Source: Macrostomum lignano (Eukaryota). Taken from it: DNA of 64,000 nt. The notes below the pieces were generated by a model. The model saw only the letters and a list, made by a program, of their open reading frames with translations. It was not told where the DNA came from and did not search any database. The stretch is taken from positions 170,302-234,301 of the forward strand of contig NIVC01001816.1 in the NCBI GenBank assembly GCA_002269645.1. Reading direction: 5' to 3'. This document shows, piece by piece, positions 63,691 through 64,000 of the stretch; the first letter of the stretch is position 1; every line of letters starts with the position of its first letter. The position numbers and the translations under genes were made by a program.

Positions 63691-64000
63691 CAAGGAGGTC
63701 AGCTTGACCTTTTCTTTGCGTCCGGATATTTAGTCACAATCGTGTAATCAATGAGCTAGAGAATCAAATGCGCTAGAGAATATTTCCAGAAACAGTGTAA
63801 ATCAGATATCCAGTCCAAATAATGCAATGTCAGAGGTCCCCGCCCCTTTAACAAAACCATCGGAGTCCCTCCCGCCGTCTGTCCAGACGCGCAATTTTCA
63901 GCAGTCACTTTCAATTTGCTCGGGTGGATCCTCTGCGGCTCTCTGTTATGAATGGGCCGCCGCGCTCAACATACACATCGGCGGGCCGTGATTGCCCCAA

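Overview
Eukaryotic (animal) genomic DNA. Intron-filling minisatellites, poly-Q exons and TTAGGG-like repeats suggest a flatworm such as Macrostomum; this is inference, not a database match. I assembled spliced genes by hand from GT/AG sites and phase continuity. (1) A 5'-incomplete, very divergent TFIIB-family (BRF2-like) gene, + strand, 7484-11266. (2) An 81-aa single-TM ORF at 12783-13028. (3) A complete 15-exon PLC-like (PLCL1/2, PRIP-type) gene, - strand, 36271-15495, ~1179 aa. (4) A head-to-head 12-exon LIMCH1/LMO7-like gene (CH and LIM domains), + strand, 38243-53565, ~1052 aa. (5) An RF/RY-amide neuropeptide precursor at 58587-58949. Mobile DNA includes a 5'-truncated Gypsy element with an intact 3' LTR and a 42-bp flanking duplication, an 8-bp-TSD MITE, a 2.2-kb CMC/EnSpm-like element, a CORE-type SINE, a decayed LINE end and two (TAG)n-tailed retroposon ends. 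Over 30 distinct tandem-repeat arrays occur, mostly intronic. Best leads: the apparently C-terminally truncated BRF2-like factor; a PRIP-like PLC with an intact X-box but altered Y-box substrate residues; blocks of near-total CpG loss; and inverted shared repeat cores bracketing PLCL exons 3-13. Repeat boundaries are approximate and all counts are by eye.
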